This document shows, piece by piece, positions 42,658 to 57,741 of a stretch of 64,000 bases of DNA; within the stretch, counting starts at the first letter, position 1; each line of letters starts with the position of its first letter. Both the position numbers and the translations under genes were made by a program. This stretch comes from Octopus sinensis (lineage: Eukaryota), in assembly GCF_006345805.1 (NCBI RefSeq), contig NC_043005.1:496001-560000 (forward strand), in the 5' to 3' direction. The notes beneath the pieces are model-generated. The model was given only the letters and a program-made list of their open reading frames with translations. It was not told the origin of the DNA and did no database searches.

Positions 42658-42810
42658 ACATATATATATATGTATATACATATATAGATAAATTAATATA
42701 TAATATATGTATATACAACATATACACAATATATATATGATATTATAATATGTATATCCATAATATAAGTATATACATATATATAATATATATATATATA
42801 TATACCATAA
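37586..42810 (+). repeat. Composite tandem unit, copy 4 (indel-rich)
   Basis: LINE A at ~39941-42192 with the deletion seen in copy 2; SINE-b at ~42251-42585; many 1-nt deletions. Confidence 0.92.
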
Positions 42811-42923
42811 GGTTAATCCAACGAGATACAGACAACAACACAAAGAGGTACATTAAAGTTATCATATATAATATATATGTATATACATACATACATATAT
42901 ATAGTATAATATATATATACATT

Positions 42924-43614
42924 TGTGATAAAAAAACAGACGGTTTGCATGATTCGACGAATTAATAGGCGAAAACTCATAAAAAACGTAGAATTGTTAC
43001 CTTATAGACGTGTACTTGGATATTTTGGTTAAAACCGCAATATATTCTGCTACAATCAAGTTTGCACTTGAGTTCAACAACGCACGCCAGATTTTCCTCT
43101 TTCGAAATTAGCACGTGGTGAAATCTTCAAAATTTATTTCCAGTCACTCTAACAGCAAAAAAGAACCGTTTTTCTTTTCTTTCATTGAAAAACCTCTTCG
43201 TATACCTTCTAAAAGATAAATACCCTTATTACATTAATAATTTACCCGTAATAAACGTAAGGTCTGTTTACATTCTGTAAAAATCAATCTATCGTTATTA
43301 CATATATATATATATCGTCATTCTATCGTTAATATATACATATATATATCGTTTATTTCTATCGTTAATTCTGTAATTCTATCGTAATAATCTATCGTTA
43401 AAAATATATATATAATATCGTAAATTCTATCGTTGATTCTGTAATTCTATCGTAGTAATCTATCGTTAATATATATATATATATATTATATTAATATGTT
43501 AATTCTATCGTTAATTCTGTAATTCTATCGTAATAATCTATCGTTAATATACATATATATATCGTTTATTTCTATCGTTAATTCTGTAATTCTATCGTGA
43601 ATAATCTATCGTTA

Positions 43615-43645
<31 letters not shown>

Positions 43646-46600
43646 ATATATCTATATATATATGTATTCTATCTAATTCTATCGTTAATTCTATAATTCT
43701 ATCGTTAATTCTAATCGTAATCGTTAATCTATCGTAATAATCTATCTAATATATAGATAATCGTTAATTCTATCGTTAATTCTGTAATTCTATCGTAGTA
43801 ATCTATCGTTATATATATATATATATCGTTAATTCTCTCTCGTTAATTCTGTTTACATCTGTTAATCCTTCTCTCTCTGTCTCTTCAGTCTCTCCCTCAC
43901 GCCTCTCCTTGTCTCTTCATTACTCTCTTCTTTCTTACTCTCCTCTTTCAGCTCTCAATCTCTCCTCTCTTCTTTCAGCTCTCAATCTCTCTTTAAGTAC
44001 AGAGACGCTTTCTCTCTCTCCCTCAGCTCTCAGTCTCTCCTCTTCCTCTTCTCTCTTACTCTCTTCTTTCGGCTCCCAATCTCTCCTTAAGTACATAGAC
44101 GCTCTCTTTCTCTATTTCTTCCCTACACCCTATTGCACTATTAGATCAATATAAATTAATATAATCAGATAGATATATATATAGATAGATAAAATATCAA
44201 AATGTCAGGACTTGGAAAAGTGACGAACTGGCTTTGTTCCTGAGAGGATGGCAATGCACTGACGGAGAAAATCCAAATAACATAATCACGGCTGCGCTGA
44301 AGAGCAGCGGATACAAAAGACGTCAGCCAATAGAGCGAAAGAAGCAAGAATTTATACGCTCCTACGCACTTGTCAGATCGCACATTAACACGCTGGATGC
44401 CATCTTCGACAGCGAAAAACGCGAACAAAGTAAAGATGGCAAGGATGGAGACGCGGGCGCTGATGAAAAGGTCACCCCCACCTGGTAGACGCCAGGAAGA
44501 AAACTCCAGTGAGAAACCTGCCCGGGAGGTAAACCAAGTGCGGGTGTCCTACCGGCACCAAAGCTATGGACATGGAGATGAAGAAAACCAAAAGGAGGAA
44601 AAACTAAAACTAAAAATCAGGCAAAACCAAAAACGAACAGCCAAGGATAGAAGCAAACCTAACTATCCGTATGCCAAAAAGGATGGAAACAAGCAGCGCA
44701 CACGGGTATGTAGGTTCTACCTGAGAGGTGCCTGCCGGCATGGAGAGGATGGTGCAGGCTGCCGTTTTGCTCATCCGGGACCCTGCCGCAGAAACCAACC
44801 ACCGAAAGGAAAAGGGATGGACCACGCACCACCTGCCCCAAAACGGAGGTACGCAGATGTGGTGCGGCCACAGACCGCCAACCTGTTGTTGAAAGGGCAG
44901 CTGCTGAACAAGATCTTTTTTGTGCATGGCACAAAAGATTGTACAGCAGCTAACCTGGCTCAATCAAACTCAAGCTCACAGATGGAACTACCCACAGTTC
45001 ACAAGACCGCCACAGCAGATGGACCCAGGGTGGACACCACCGGCAACACCATACACCTCACCTCGATGCTCCTACTGAACATCAGAGGACTACTAACACA
45101 CAGTAACAGGACAAAAGTCCCGTTTCTTGAGAGACTTTGTTGCATGCAATCAAGCCTTATGCATAGCACTTACGGAAACACACCTGAAACCGGACATAGC
45201 GGATGCGGAATTACACATACCACAGTATGTTGTACTACGGACCGACAGAAAAGAAAGGAGTCATGGAGGATTTGCTATGTACATCCGTGAGGACCTCACA
45301 CCCCAGGTCCTTTTGTCATACTCAAACTCGGTGTGTGACACACTAATTGTACATGTAAGGCAACTTGGTGTAGTTGTGTGTGCTACATATCGCCCTCCAG
45401 ATGTCCCCAGCCATATGGGCAAGTTTGAGGACCTTATAAAAATAGAAGAAGTTCTAGTCACACTAGAACAGCACATAAGTGTACTTCTCATGGGAGACTT
45501 CAACCTACTCAATGTCAGATGGCCCGAGGGCTTTTCTCTCCCAGGAATGACACGATGTGAACGGGGACAGGCGAGGTCCCTCCTGAACTCATCAACACCC
45601 TGTACATGGAGCAAGTAATACTCCAACCGACCAGGGCAGGTACCACACTGGATCTCTGCTTCACAAATAATATGGATCTCATCCATAATGTGAAAGTGAC
45701 ACCGACACTACTCTCGGATCACAATATGGTAGAGCTGACCATGTACGGGCCAAAGGAAAGCATGGGCATGCAGCCTACAAGAAACTCTCAGAATCTTTCA
45801 GCTTGAACTTCAATAAGCAAACTGGAAACAAATTGAGAAAGAGATCTCAAACAAACTGGCCTGAATGTCTCTCCTCGCCGGACATCGACATGAAACTTCA
45901 ACAATTCATGTCTGTAATGCAAGCCATATGCTACAAGTGTGTCCCAGAGAGAAAGGCCACTGTACACAAGAACACCAATCCCCAGAGAGAGGAAATTTTA
46001 ATGAGACGGCGTACAAAATTTCAATCGCCTAAACAAACAATTGAAAGCAGTGAAAAGTCCCGCCTGAAAATAAAACTATTGGAATTGAGAAATGTCTGCA
46101 ACTCTCCCATGAAAAGGAAAGAGCAGACAAGAAGCCTGGGCTATAGACAACATAAAACAAACCCCAGAGCTTCTACAGGTATGCCAAAGAAACAGCTACG
46201 GTGCACTGTAGGATAGGGCCACTCCTTGAAAAGGATGGCACACTCACAGGAAAACCAATGAGGGTAAGTGAAATCTGAATGAGCAATTCAAGAGTGTTTT
46301 CACTCCACCCCTTGGGCATTTCCAATCAGCAATCCAACTGACTTCTTTACCACTGCAGGTATAAAATCAGAGGCGGCGACGATAAATTACATCGATATAA
46401 AGAAGACGATGTAATAAAGGCTATAGATGAAATGAAAACAGACTCAGCTATTGGCCCCGATGGATTCCCGGCATCTCCTAAAAGTATTAAGAGAGTCCTA
46501 GCAAGACCCTGCATTCCTCTTTCAGAGCTTCCTTGCAGCTGGCAAACTTCCAGAAAACTGAAGGAAGGTAAAATGTGCCCTATTCATAAAGGAGGTAGCA

Positions 46601-48087
46601 GAGCGGAGGCCAAGAACTACAGAACCTATCTCTCTCACCTCACACATCAGCAAGGTCATGGAACGAATAGTCAGAAGGAAACTAATCACCACCTTCCTTG
46701 AAGAAAATGACTTGCTGCCTGACACCCAACATGGTTTCCGACCAGGAAGAAGCTGCTTAACTCAGCTCCTACAACACTATGACTGGGTGCTGAAACAACT
46801 GCTCAACCACTCAAATGTGGAAGTCATATATCTCGACTTGCAAAGGCCTTTGATAATTTCGATCATGGAATGATATGTCACAAACTGCGTGATCTGGCAT
46901 AGTTGGAAAATTGGGAGAATGGCTTCATGACTTTCTGAAGAATAGAAGTCAGGTGGTAACAGCCAATGGGGCCACTTCCATTAACACGCAAATAATGAGC
47001 GGTGTTCCGCAGGGCACTGTTTGGGACCACTACTGTTCATAATGGCCCTCACAGACATGCCCTCAGCCACGCAGAGAGCTACGATCACAAGTTATGCAGA
47101 TGATACAAAAGTTTCACAGGCAATACAGAACCCTGAGGACACTAAGCACCTGCAATGTGAGCTGGACGAAATATACAAGTGGGCTGAAAAGAATAGCATG
47201 CAGTTCAATGCTGAAAAGTTTCAAGCTTTATACTATCAGCATGCAAAACTGAATGCAATACCCAATGAATACACTGGACCCGGAGGGATTGCAATCCCAG
47301 AGGCACAATCAGTGCGTGACCTGGTATTCACATGAGTGATGACGCGACCTTTCATGTACATGTTGCTAAACTGGCAATGAAATGTAGACGGCTGGCTGGA
47401 TGGATTCTTAGAACCTTCAGAACAAGAGAACAAGAAACCATGATGGTCCTCTGGAAGACACTTGTCCTAAGCCACTTTGACTATTGCTCTCAGCTATGGT
47501 CACCATCCAGTGTCAAGATGATCACAGAACTTGAGGCGATCCAACGAAGCTACACGAAGAAGATAGCCTCTGTGCAGCATATGAGCTACTGGGAAAGACT
47601 CAAGAGATTAAAGCTCTATTCGCTGGAGCGTAGGCGAGAGAAAGATATGCCACAATATATATCTGGAAGATCCTGAAGGACTTGTCCCAAACTTTGGATC
47701 GAGAGTCACACAAATGCCAGAACCGGGCGCCATTGCGTATACCAAGGACTCCAAATTTGCCATCAAGATGTAGGACAAGATATTGTGATAGCCTGGGCTT
47801 CAGAGGCCCACAGCTCTTCAATATCCTCCCAAAGAACCTCAGGGACCTGCATGGTGTAGATGCGGATGTCTTTAAAGGAGGAGTGGACCTCTTCCTGTCA
47901 GGTGTCCCGGATGAACCAACTTCACTGGCAGGAGGTGCAGATGAGGGAGCTGCATCGAACTCTCTCATGCATCAGATGGCGTTTGCTAAAAAGCATCCGT
48001 GAGGTAAAATCGTGTAGCAACAATATGGCGGTGCCCCAGCATGGCCACAGCTCATTAGCTAAAACTGGAAGAATCAAAATCAAATCA
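42924..48087 (+). mobile_element. LINE family C, copy 2, with complete 3' end but fragmented by 1-nt indels
   Basis: Colinear with 25021-30188. Continues to AFAKKHP* (48002) and the tail ggcggtgccccagcatggccacagctcattagctaaaac...aatcaaaatcaaatc. Confidence 0.9.
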
Positions 48088-48109
48088 TATATATATATAT
48101 ATTTATATA

Positions 48110-48150
<41 letters not shown>

Positions 48151-48167
48151 ATATATAATATATATAT

Positions 48168-48416
48168 GCCGGGGGGGAGTGTTTGTCTATCTGTCTCTGT
48201 TTATCTCCACCTCTCCATCGATTGATAACTGAAGCTGATGTGTTTACATCCCTGTCACGTAGCGGTTCGCCAAAAGAATCTGCTGGAATAAGAACTATGC
48301 TTACCAAGAATAAGTCTTGGCGTCGATTTGTTCGCCTATGTGCGGTGCCTCAGCATGGCCGTATTCAAGTTACTGAGAAAAGTAAAAGAATAAAAGAATA
48401 TATTCACACACACACA

Positions 48417-48477
<61 letters not shown>

Positions 48478-48485
48478 ATAATATA

Positions 48486-48575
<90 letters not shown>

Positions 48576-51500
48576 TTTGTATTTCTGTCTGTGTGTTTGT
48601 CCCCCACTTTCACTTCAGAACTGAAATCTTTATATTCATAAATCTAAAGATCTCGTTGCATTTGCAAACAGTATAGCTTTCACTAATCAGGAATCTTTAT
48701 ATTGATAAACAGGTAAGGAATGTGTGCATACACCCACCCACATACAATGGCTTCGTTGTTACGGAGATCTTTATATTGATAAATCTAATGATCTCGTTGC
48801 ATTTGCAAACAGTATAGCTTTCACTAATCAGGAAGGCTAAACTCTGGAGCTTGACGTTCTGATTGGACCAAGTGGTGTCCTGGTTGTGCATCAAGCATCA
48901 GGTTTAAATTTTATTCATGCTTTATTATTTTTGTTTGTTTGTTACTTTGGTCTACGTGTTTTTCAAATCTGGGCTTCGTTTCCGGCCTAGGGTTATACAA
49001 TTTCAGCATATTTTCTTTATGAAACTCTACTGCTTTTATTCGTTCCTTTTTTGTTTTTTCTCTTTCGTTTTGCTCTCTTCTGTTTTCTATTTTTTATTTT
49101 TAAGTCTCTTATTCTCTTTGTTTTTGTTTTGTTTTTAACCTCACACACACTTAATCGGTTGAATGGAACTCCTCACAGCATCTTCCGTTTCACTTTCCGT
49201 ACCAACTTTCATTCCTGCAATTTATACTATTTCCAGATTAACGTTCTGCTAAAAAACAAAGACGAATTCTCAGAAATTCATTGTCTTCAGCTCCCTATCT
49301 TCTCAGATTCTCACACATAAACTGCACTGAACTTTATATATTTTTCATTGGCTTTCGTAATTTTATTCACAGTTCTTATTCACATGAAACCTCTTATGAT
49401 TCTACCAATAAATATTTATGAAAACCCCTTTTTCGTACGGATGGTTTCGGTCAGCTAAATGTCGTAATCTCTCCGTTTTGTAATCAAATAGAGGAGATAC
49501 AATTCAAGGGAGACATGTTTTAGTTTCAAATATTCTTCACTTGCAAATTGTTGCATGGAATCCCTTCTCGATGACGCGTACCCTAAAACGCATGGATTAA
49601 ATCAACTCTTCCGTCTTCTTCACTAAGCCTTTCACATAACTAAATCTTTCTTGGTGGAATTTGAATATTTAAACTGAATATAGGACTAGATATTCATATG
49701 AGACGCTTGATAGCTTTCCTCTTTGTAGACAGCGTTGTATAATTAACGAGCGGAGAATAACTCGGGCAATACTCCATTCCGTGTGTCCTCCTCTCGTAAT
49801 AGAAGCGTCGGGTGGCTGTCATGATACACGGATAGTCTTGGACATTCAAACCATGCTGGTTCTCGTGTTTCACGAGCTCTGACAGAAACAGAATCCTTGC
49901 AGTGAGGAAGAAAAGGAGGCAGAGAGATGAGAATCGGCACAAAGAAGGGAATTAGTAATTTATCGATAATGAAACAGCGAAAGGCATAAGTGGCCTGAGA
50001 GATGAGATTCGGACAAGAATGTAGAGAAAAGGAAAGACTACACAAGAAATTCTGTTGCATGACAATCCGATGCCAATGTTTGCTAATAGTAATGGTGCAG
50101 TGGAACATAACATATATAGCAGGGTCACTAGCATAGCTGGCGTAGGGCGGTAGGTGTGGTCCGCCAGGGTGGCACTTTTAAAGGGGTCTGGATGCGGCAA
50201 ACGTAGGGGCCACCCCGGGCGGCACACATTCTAGCTCCGTTAGTGAGCACGGTGTATACATTTCTTTTATACAATAGTAATGGAAGCACTTGAGTGGAGA
50301 AAGTAATCCGTGCTCCGTGTGGCAGAACTGATCCAAATAAAGCGGTAATTACGAAAGGTCTGTATTTCTAGGAACAATGGAGGCAGTTCTGAGAAACTGG
50401 CTCCGAAATATCGTTTGCCGTGTGTTGGGAGAAACTGTTGAAAAGTTTCGACTCACTCGCATAGGAAAGAATTTATGTGAGAGAAGCGCAACTATTTGTA
50501 TAGACATAAGAATCAATAATAAGCTAGGCAAAGAATGCCTTCAGAAATAAACACAAATGGGGAGCGCCCTGTATTGAGCCTCTTTATGTCGAAGCATCTG
50601 CAGACGTATGACAAGTGGTGAAACATCATTTCACTATGGCAATATGAAATGGAAATATTTATCGACTTCCTACACACACTGTAATAAAACTCATGCTCTC
50701 AGGAACGACTCATTGCAAACAAACACAGGTGGAGTCAACTGCTCTACCTCACCAATGCCCTAGTCATGGAACAAGTCGTACTCAGACCAACTAGGGAAAA
50801 TAACATTTTGGATCTCTGCTTCACAAACAATATAGACATCATTCATGATGTGAAAGTAACGCCGACAGTAGTCTCGGATCACAACATAATAGAGCTTTCT
50901 ATGTTTGGGCCGAAAGTAGCCAGAGGCATACAGCCAAATGGAAGCACCCGAAATCTCTCCAATCGGATCTTCCACAAAGTTGACTGGAAACCGATCCAAA
51001 AAGAGATCCGCAGACAACTGTCCGAAATGTCTCTCGGCACCAGACGTTGGCATGAAACTAGAATATTTCATGTCTGTTATGCAAGCCATATGCCAGAAAT
51101 ATGTTCCAGAGCACAAGGCCACAACAAATAGGAACAAGATTCCAAAGGAGAGGAAGATTCTCATGAGACGACGGACGAAGGTTGCAAATCGCCTCAACCA
51201 ACATGCCAAAAGTAGTGAAAGGTCCCGCCTAAAAACAACACTGATGTAGATTGGAAAAAGCTTGAAACAATTTTATGGGAGGGAGAGAGTAGACAACGAA
51301 GCCTGGGTTAGTAAAAACATTAAGTGAAATCCAAAGGCCTTCTTTCATTACGCCACAGAAACAGAATCAATACACCGCAAGATAGGATCCCTCTTCCAAA
51401 AGGATGGCACCCTCACATATAGTCCAACCAGGATCAGTGAGGTACTGAATGAGCAATTCCAAAATGTCTTTATCACTCCGTTGGAACACAGACAAGTGAA

Positions 51501-51996
51501 TCAACCGGTGGACTTTGTTTGCCGCCTCACCTATAACCAGCGAGGCAATTACGATGGAATACATCGACATTAACGAAGATTTACTAACCATAGATGAAGT
51601 GGACGCAAACTCAATTGATTGTCCTGATGGTTTACCAGCAATCCTCCTCAAATCGTGTATCCATGCCCTGGCAAAACCCCTCCAGATTTTCTTCCAGAGC
51701 TTTCTTGCAAATGGCAGACTGCCAAGCAAGCTGAAGGAGGTAATAATGTGTCCAGTCAATAAAGGAAGCAGAGCAGATGCCAAAAACCATAGGCATATCT
51801 CTCTGACTTCACACATCAGCAATGTCAAGGAACAGATCGTCAGAGGGAAACCAATTGCATACCTTGAAGAAAATGATTTATTGAGTGATACCCAGCATGA
51901 CTTTCGAACAGGTAGGAGCTGCCTGACCCAGCTCTTACAACATTATGACTTGTTGTTGAGGCAGTTACTCAACTAACTCAAATGTGGACGTAACAT
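48168..51996 (+). repeat. Composite tandem unit, copy 5, truncated inside LINE A
   Basis: LINE A from ~50603 stops at aatgtggacgtaacat, then (TA)n and the LINE D tail. Confidence 0.93.
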
Positions 51997-52018
51997 TTAT
52001 ATATACATATATATATAT

Positions 52019-55000
52019 AAACTTAGACTTAGATAAACTTAGATATGTTTCGACCAAAGATTGGTCCAGGCCATGTCTAACTTAATAGCACCACCTGATA
52101 GGATTATTCGAATCCTGTTTAAGTCAAGTTTTGTTCAAGTAGTGAGTTCTTATTGGGTGAGTTGTATCCAGTTTTGTTCAAGTAGTGAGTTCTTGTTGGG
52201 TGAGTTGTATCCAATTATGGGTGGCTTATCTGGTATTTTTTGAATGAATCTATCCAGACTCTGTTTAAAGTTGATGGGATCCTTTTCCTCTTTGATCTCT
52301 CTCGGGACAATGTTAAATAGGGCAGGGCCTGTTGAGAAAAAGAAATTATGTTGCAGTGTACATGTATGTTGTGATCTTGAATTGGGCAGGGGACGTATAG
52401 CCCGTGGTCCAAGTCTTGGATGAACCTTGAAGCTAATGTTTAGGTCGTTTGGGCAAAGTTGGCGGTATATTTTCCACATCGTACAAATGATGTACCGCTC
52501 ACGGCGACGCTGGAGGGAGTAAAGTTTCAAGGCTTTAAGGCGATCCCAATAATCGAAAGCAGCCATGCGTTTAGTGAGTGCCCTCTGGGGTGACTCAATT
52601 CTGGAGATGTTTTGTCTTGTGTGAGGAGACCACAGTGGGCAGCAGTATTCAAGGTGTGGCCGTACAAAGGAGGAAAAATGTGGTATGATGACACCTTGTT
52701 CTCTGGACCGGAAAGTTCTTAAGATCCAGGAACTCATCCTACGAGCTATATCGACCTTCTTGTTGATGTGTGCACTCCAACTGAGATCGTCATCAACAAT
52801 TACACCCAGGTCTCTGATATTGTTAGAGGCTGTGAGCGGTTCCCCTGAAGGAAGAGAGTATGGCTGTTTTAGTGAGGAGTTTCTTCCAAAATGCATCAGC
52901 TCAAATTTTCCCTCGTTCAGTTGCATTTTGTTTCTGTCTGCCCATTGACTCACAGCATATAGATCAGACTGGAGTTGAGTTCGGTCTGCTTCTTCATTGA
53001 CGATTTGCTGGAGCTTGGTGTCATCAGCAAATATTTTCACTTTGCCGTAATGTACGACACTGGAAAGGTCGTTTATGTAGATTATGAAGAGTAGCGGACC
53101 CAAGACAGTCCCCTGGGGGACACTGCTGGTGACTTTTGCTGGGCTTGAGTGGACTCCATCAACTACAACATGTTGTGTTCTATTCGCCAGGAAATACTTG
53201 ATCCAGTGTAGAACTTTTCCACGGATTCCAACATTTGCCAATTTTGAGAGTAGGATATTATGGTCTACCCTGTCGAACGCTTTACTGAAGTCAAGATATA
53301 TGACATCAGAGTTCGAACCTGTTCCCAAGGCTTTGAGTACATCTCCAATGTGGTGTAAGATCTGTGTTAGACAGTCCCTGTCACAGCGAAAGCCATGCTG
53401 ATTTGCATTTAGGAGTTTCTGGGTCTCCAGGAAGTCAGCCAACCTTGATCTTAACACTCTTTCAAACACTTTGATGATGTGGGAGGTGAGTGAGATTGGG
53501 CGATAGTTGAGTGCGAGGGATATGTTTCCCTGTTTGAAAACCGGGATGACTGACTGGGATAGAAACTGTTTTGGTATATAACCTGCATCTAACGAATTTC
53601 TCCAGAGGTTGGTCAGAGGGACTGCAAGTTGGTGTCTACATTCCTTCAGGAGACTAGCGGGGAATCTATCAGGGCCTACAGCAGAGTAGTATTTGACCTC
53701 ATTTATTGCTGCTACGATGTCAGTGGGAGTGAAGGTTATGTCTGAGATTTTATGTTGGGAGTCAACTTCGTTCGCTTCTCTTACGTCAATATCAGTGGGA
53801 ACACTAAAGACAGAGCAGTATTGTTTCTGCAGTATTTCTGCCATTTCTTTAGCATCGTGTTGGGGAATGCCGTTAGCATCAATTAATGGCCCAATGGGTG
53901 AGACAGTGGTTCTATGCTTATTTGCATAGGAATAGAACACTTTTGGGTTCTGTTTGATGTTTTTGATTACCCACTGTTCCTCCGCAGCTCTTTGGTTTTC
54001 AATGGAGGTTTTCATGTCGTTCTGCAGATGAAGTTTTTCCAGCTCTAGCCTTTTCATTGTTGTTGAACGTGGATGTTGTTTGTGGGAATATTTTAATTGG
54101 TTGATTTTTTGTTAAGTCTTTTGATGCGCCTGATGAGTGTTTTCTTATTTTTAGGGAGCCGATTTCTGTTTGTGTTAGTAGATTTCGTGGGAGCGTGTTT
54201 AGAGCATGTATATGTGACAATGTTTTCAAAGTGCTGCCATGCGGTCTCAATATGGGTGGAATTGAGAGTAAAAGACCAGTCGATGAAAGACAGATCCTTT
54301 CTGATTGCTCCCCAGTCTGCTTTGTGGAAGTTTATGTTATCAAATGAGTGCCATGGAGTGGGATTGGCTGGTTTGGTTTTTATATGTCGGGAATTGAAAT
54401 TGCAGAGTACCATGTCGTGATCTGAGAGGAGAGTTTTTTCAACTGAAATACTGTGAACAAAGCTAGAGTGATTGGTCAATACCAGATCCAAGATCGTTTT
54501 ATTCTGTCTCGTTGGTTCGAGCACAAGCTGAGTCAGGAAGTATTCATCCATTAGATTAAAGAGCAGTTCCGCTGCTGCTCTATCTGATGTAGAGCACTTG
54601 CCTAACTTTAGAGTATTTGTGGGCCAGTTCACATGAGGGAGGTTAAAATCACCCATCACTAGTATGTTTCCGGAGTGGTACTTCCGAAGGAAGGACTTGA
54701 CTTTGCTAAGGCACTCTTCAAAGCACTTTAAAGGTGCTTGGGGAGGCCTGTAAAGACCAACAATGACTATGTCCTTGGCCTTGCTGAATAGTGATACCGA
54801 TTCACAATAGCCATTGGAAAATATGTCCTTGGCATCAAGTGAGAAGGAGTCATGGATAAAGATGGCTGTCCCTCCTTTATTTCGGTTTGTACGATCCGCA
54901 CGAACAATGGTGAAATCTTTTATTTTCACCTCGGCGTCTATATGGGTGTTGTTCAGGTGAGTCTCGGTAAGGATAAAGAAAGGGAAGCAATGTGTCGTTT

Positions 55001-55207
55001 CGGCAAGCCAACTCTCTATATATGGGATCTTCCATTTTTGGGCAATAATTGATGGGTTGATGCCACGTACATTTAATAGGAATGTCGAGGTAAGTGAAGT
55101 TTGATGTTTGCATTGTTCTAAGTTGTTCAGTGGTAACAATGTGGGTAGTTCTTGTATGGAGCTGTGTGTGTATGATTTTCTTGTTGGTAGTGGGTGTGTG
55201 GTCACAT
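52019..55207 (-). mobile_element. CR1-group LINE family D, copy 2: almost the whole ORF2, ORF1 absent
   Basis: ORF 54093-55205 (endonuclease) and ORF 52150-54057 (RT, FADD), one frameshift; (ATCTAAGTTT)n tail. Confidence 0.93.
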
Positions 55208-55492
55208 TATGGTTACAGTCAATCTTCAGGTTAATTGAAATATTTTAATAATAATCAGAAATATTATTAAACTAGAAACTTAAAACTTAACAATTGTGAT
55301 TATATCAAAATCAATTATAATGTTAAATATTAATTTTAATTTATAAGGTAGGAAACCCACCTATAATTTAATATCGGTAATAGTCTATATCTAATTACAT
55401 AAATAGTTTTAAAAATAACTATTATATATAAATTATCAATGAAAATATATAAATGTATATAAATATTATAATTAAGATCTAAAATAATCTCT
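55206..55492. repeat. Left arm of outer inverted repeat (AT-rich)
   Basis: 55206-55415 is the reverse complement of ~60460-60707; 55417-55492 is the reverse complement of 57588-57663. Confidence 0.85.
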
Positions 55493-56149
55493 TGTTATTT
55501 ATGTTCAAATGAGTTTAAGGAAATTTTATTTTTTAAGCATGATAATTTAGTGAATATCTGGGATGAGCGCAAAATAAAATGCAGACGCAAGTTACTTTAC
55601 TTATATAATAAATTTCTTGATAAATAATCAATATTTATTAGCCTTAATTAGCTCCTTATTTGTTGATTTATGTAATAGTATTCTAAATATAGCAGGTGAT
55701 TTGTAGTACTTATTCTATTAGTTTATTTTTGTTATTTAGGTTCTGCTTTTAATTATAGTTAGATTATATATAATTGTTTATTTTATTACTATAATATTTT
55801 ATTACTAAATATATTTTTAATAAGTATTTAATGGTTTATTGAATATAGAGTTTGGTAAGTTACAATTTTATTTATCTTTTATAAAGTTAAGTTTATATAT
55901 TTTGTTATATTTCTGTTATAATTTTGTTAAATTATAATTTTGTTATATCAATCTATTTGTATGTAATCTCTTTATATTTGAAATAGATTTATTTAGTTGT
56001 TTCTTTAATCTATTTTATTTAATATAGAAGTATAGATTAGTAAGATTAAATGTTTAGATTAAACTTAACGTTTACCTCTATTTTTGAATTGTAGTATGAA
56101 TATAGACATTTATATACGTATTTATTATATGATATATGTGTTTGGGTGT

Positions 56150-56515
<366 letters not shown>

Positions 56516-57280
56516 GTTATACTGCAAATTTTGATAAGTATTTTAGAGATTTTGGTTATGATCACTAATTTCAGCTTATAATTATAAGAGCATGGGGAAA
56601 GACTTTATAGTACGATGAGGGGTTACTATAGAAAATTTTTTTTTTATATATTTATTAATCATATTAGATTTTTAGAATATATTTAATAATTAGTGGTTTT
56701 TAATCATTTAAATTATTTAATTTATTTTGTATTAAGTATTAATTATCATAGTTATTTTATTCAGAAATCTTATAGTATAGAGTGATTTTATTCTTTATTT
56801 GTGACTTCATTCTATTTACACTAATAAACCATTAATCTTCATTGATAAAGCGTATTTGTTCCTCACGATTAATGAATTCTTCAACAATTTAATCTTTCTT
56901 TGCTAATAACGTAATTCCACGAGTATTCTTATAAACGCTGTAAAGACGTTTTCCGATTCAAAATTTTAGTTCATTACAAAACCTCGCTAAGATAAGTATT
57001 TATTTATATTTAAGATCTTTAAATTGTAAATTTAATATTTTATTAGTCTTTGGTGTAACAATATTTTCCTTATGTAAATATCGTTGTTTATGTAATGATC
57101 TAATTATCGTAATTTTCTATATTATTAGATATTAAATTTAAGTTTATTCGTAAGATACTACTTAGCGATAGATTTATGTTTGATAGCAAATATACGAAGT
57201 GTCTAAAGTTAGGCTTTTGTATATACATATGTTAATTGTAGTTTTAAATTTCTTATGATTAAAATTAGATAAACTTTCAT

Positions 57281-57336
57281 AAACTTAGATATGTTTCGAC
57301 TAAAGATTGGTCCAGGCCATGTCTAACTTAATAGCA
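57281..57336 (-). mobile_element. Isolated 3' terminus of LINE family D
   Basis: aaacttagatatgtttcgactaaagattggtccaggccatgtctaacttaatagca matches 52036-52090. Confidence 0.8.
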
Positions 57337-57741
57337 TAACTTAGTTATTGTCTTTTAAAATGGATATTCGCTAGTTATTCCCATTGATAATTATATTTAT
57401 AGTATTTATAGTATTTTTTCGATACTACATAACTACGAATTGATTATTTCTATAAGTATTTTACATAAGATTTCTGAATGTTCGTTTAAGTTTGTATGTT
57501 TGTATTTTTGAAGTTAGTTATTTCATTTTTAAATATGAAAAATTAACTTATTAGGTTTTTATTATATGTGCATATATATTTATTTATAGAGATTATTTTA
57601 GATCTTAATTATAATATTTATATACATTTATATATTTTCATTCATAATTTATATATAATAGTTTTTTTTTTTTTAGGAATTACGGAGATGTACTCGCATA
57701 GCAAGTAATTTGATCTGAGATCGTGTGCTGAAACGAAAACA

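Noticed and set aside
56740-56990. Faint endonuclease-like remnants on the minus strand (RGITLLAKK, SIL*DF)
   Set aside because: Multiple stops and too few conserved residues to support a call by eye.
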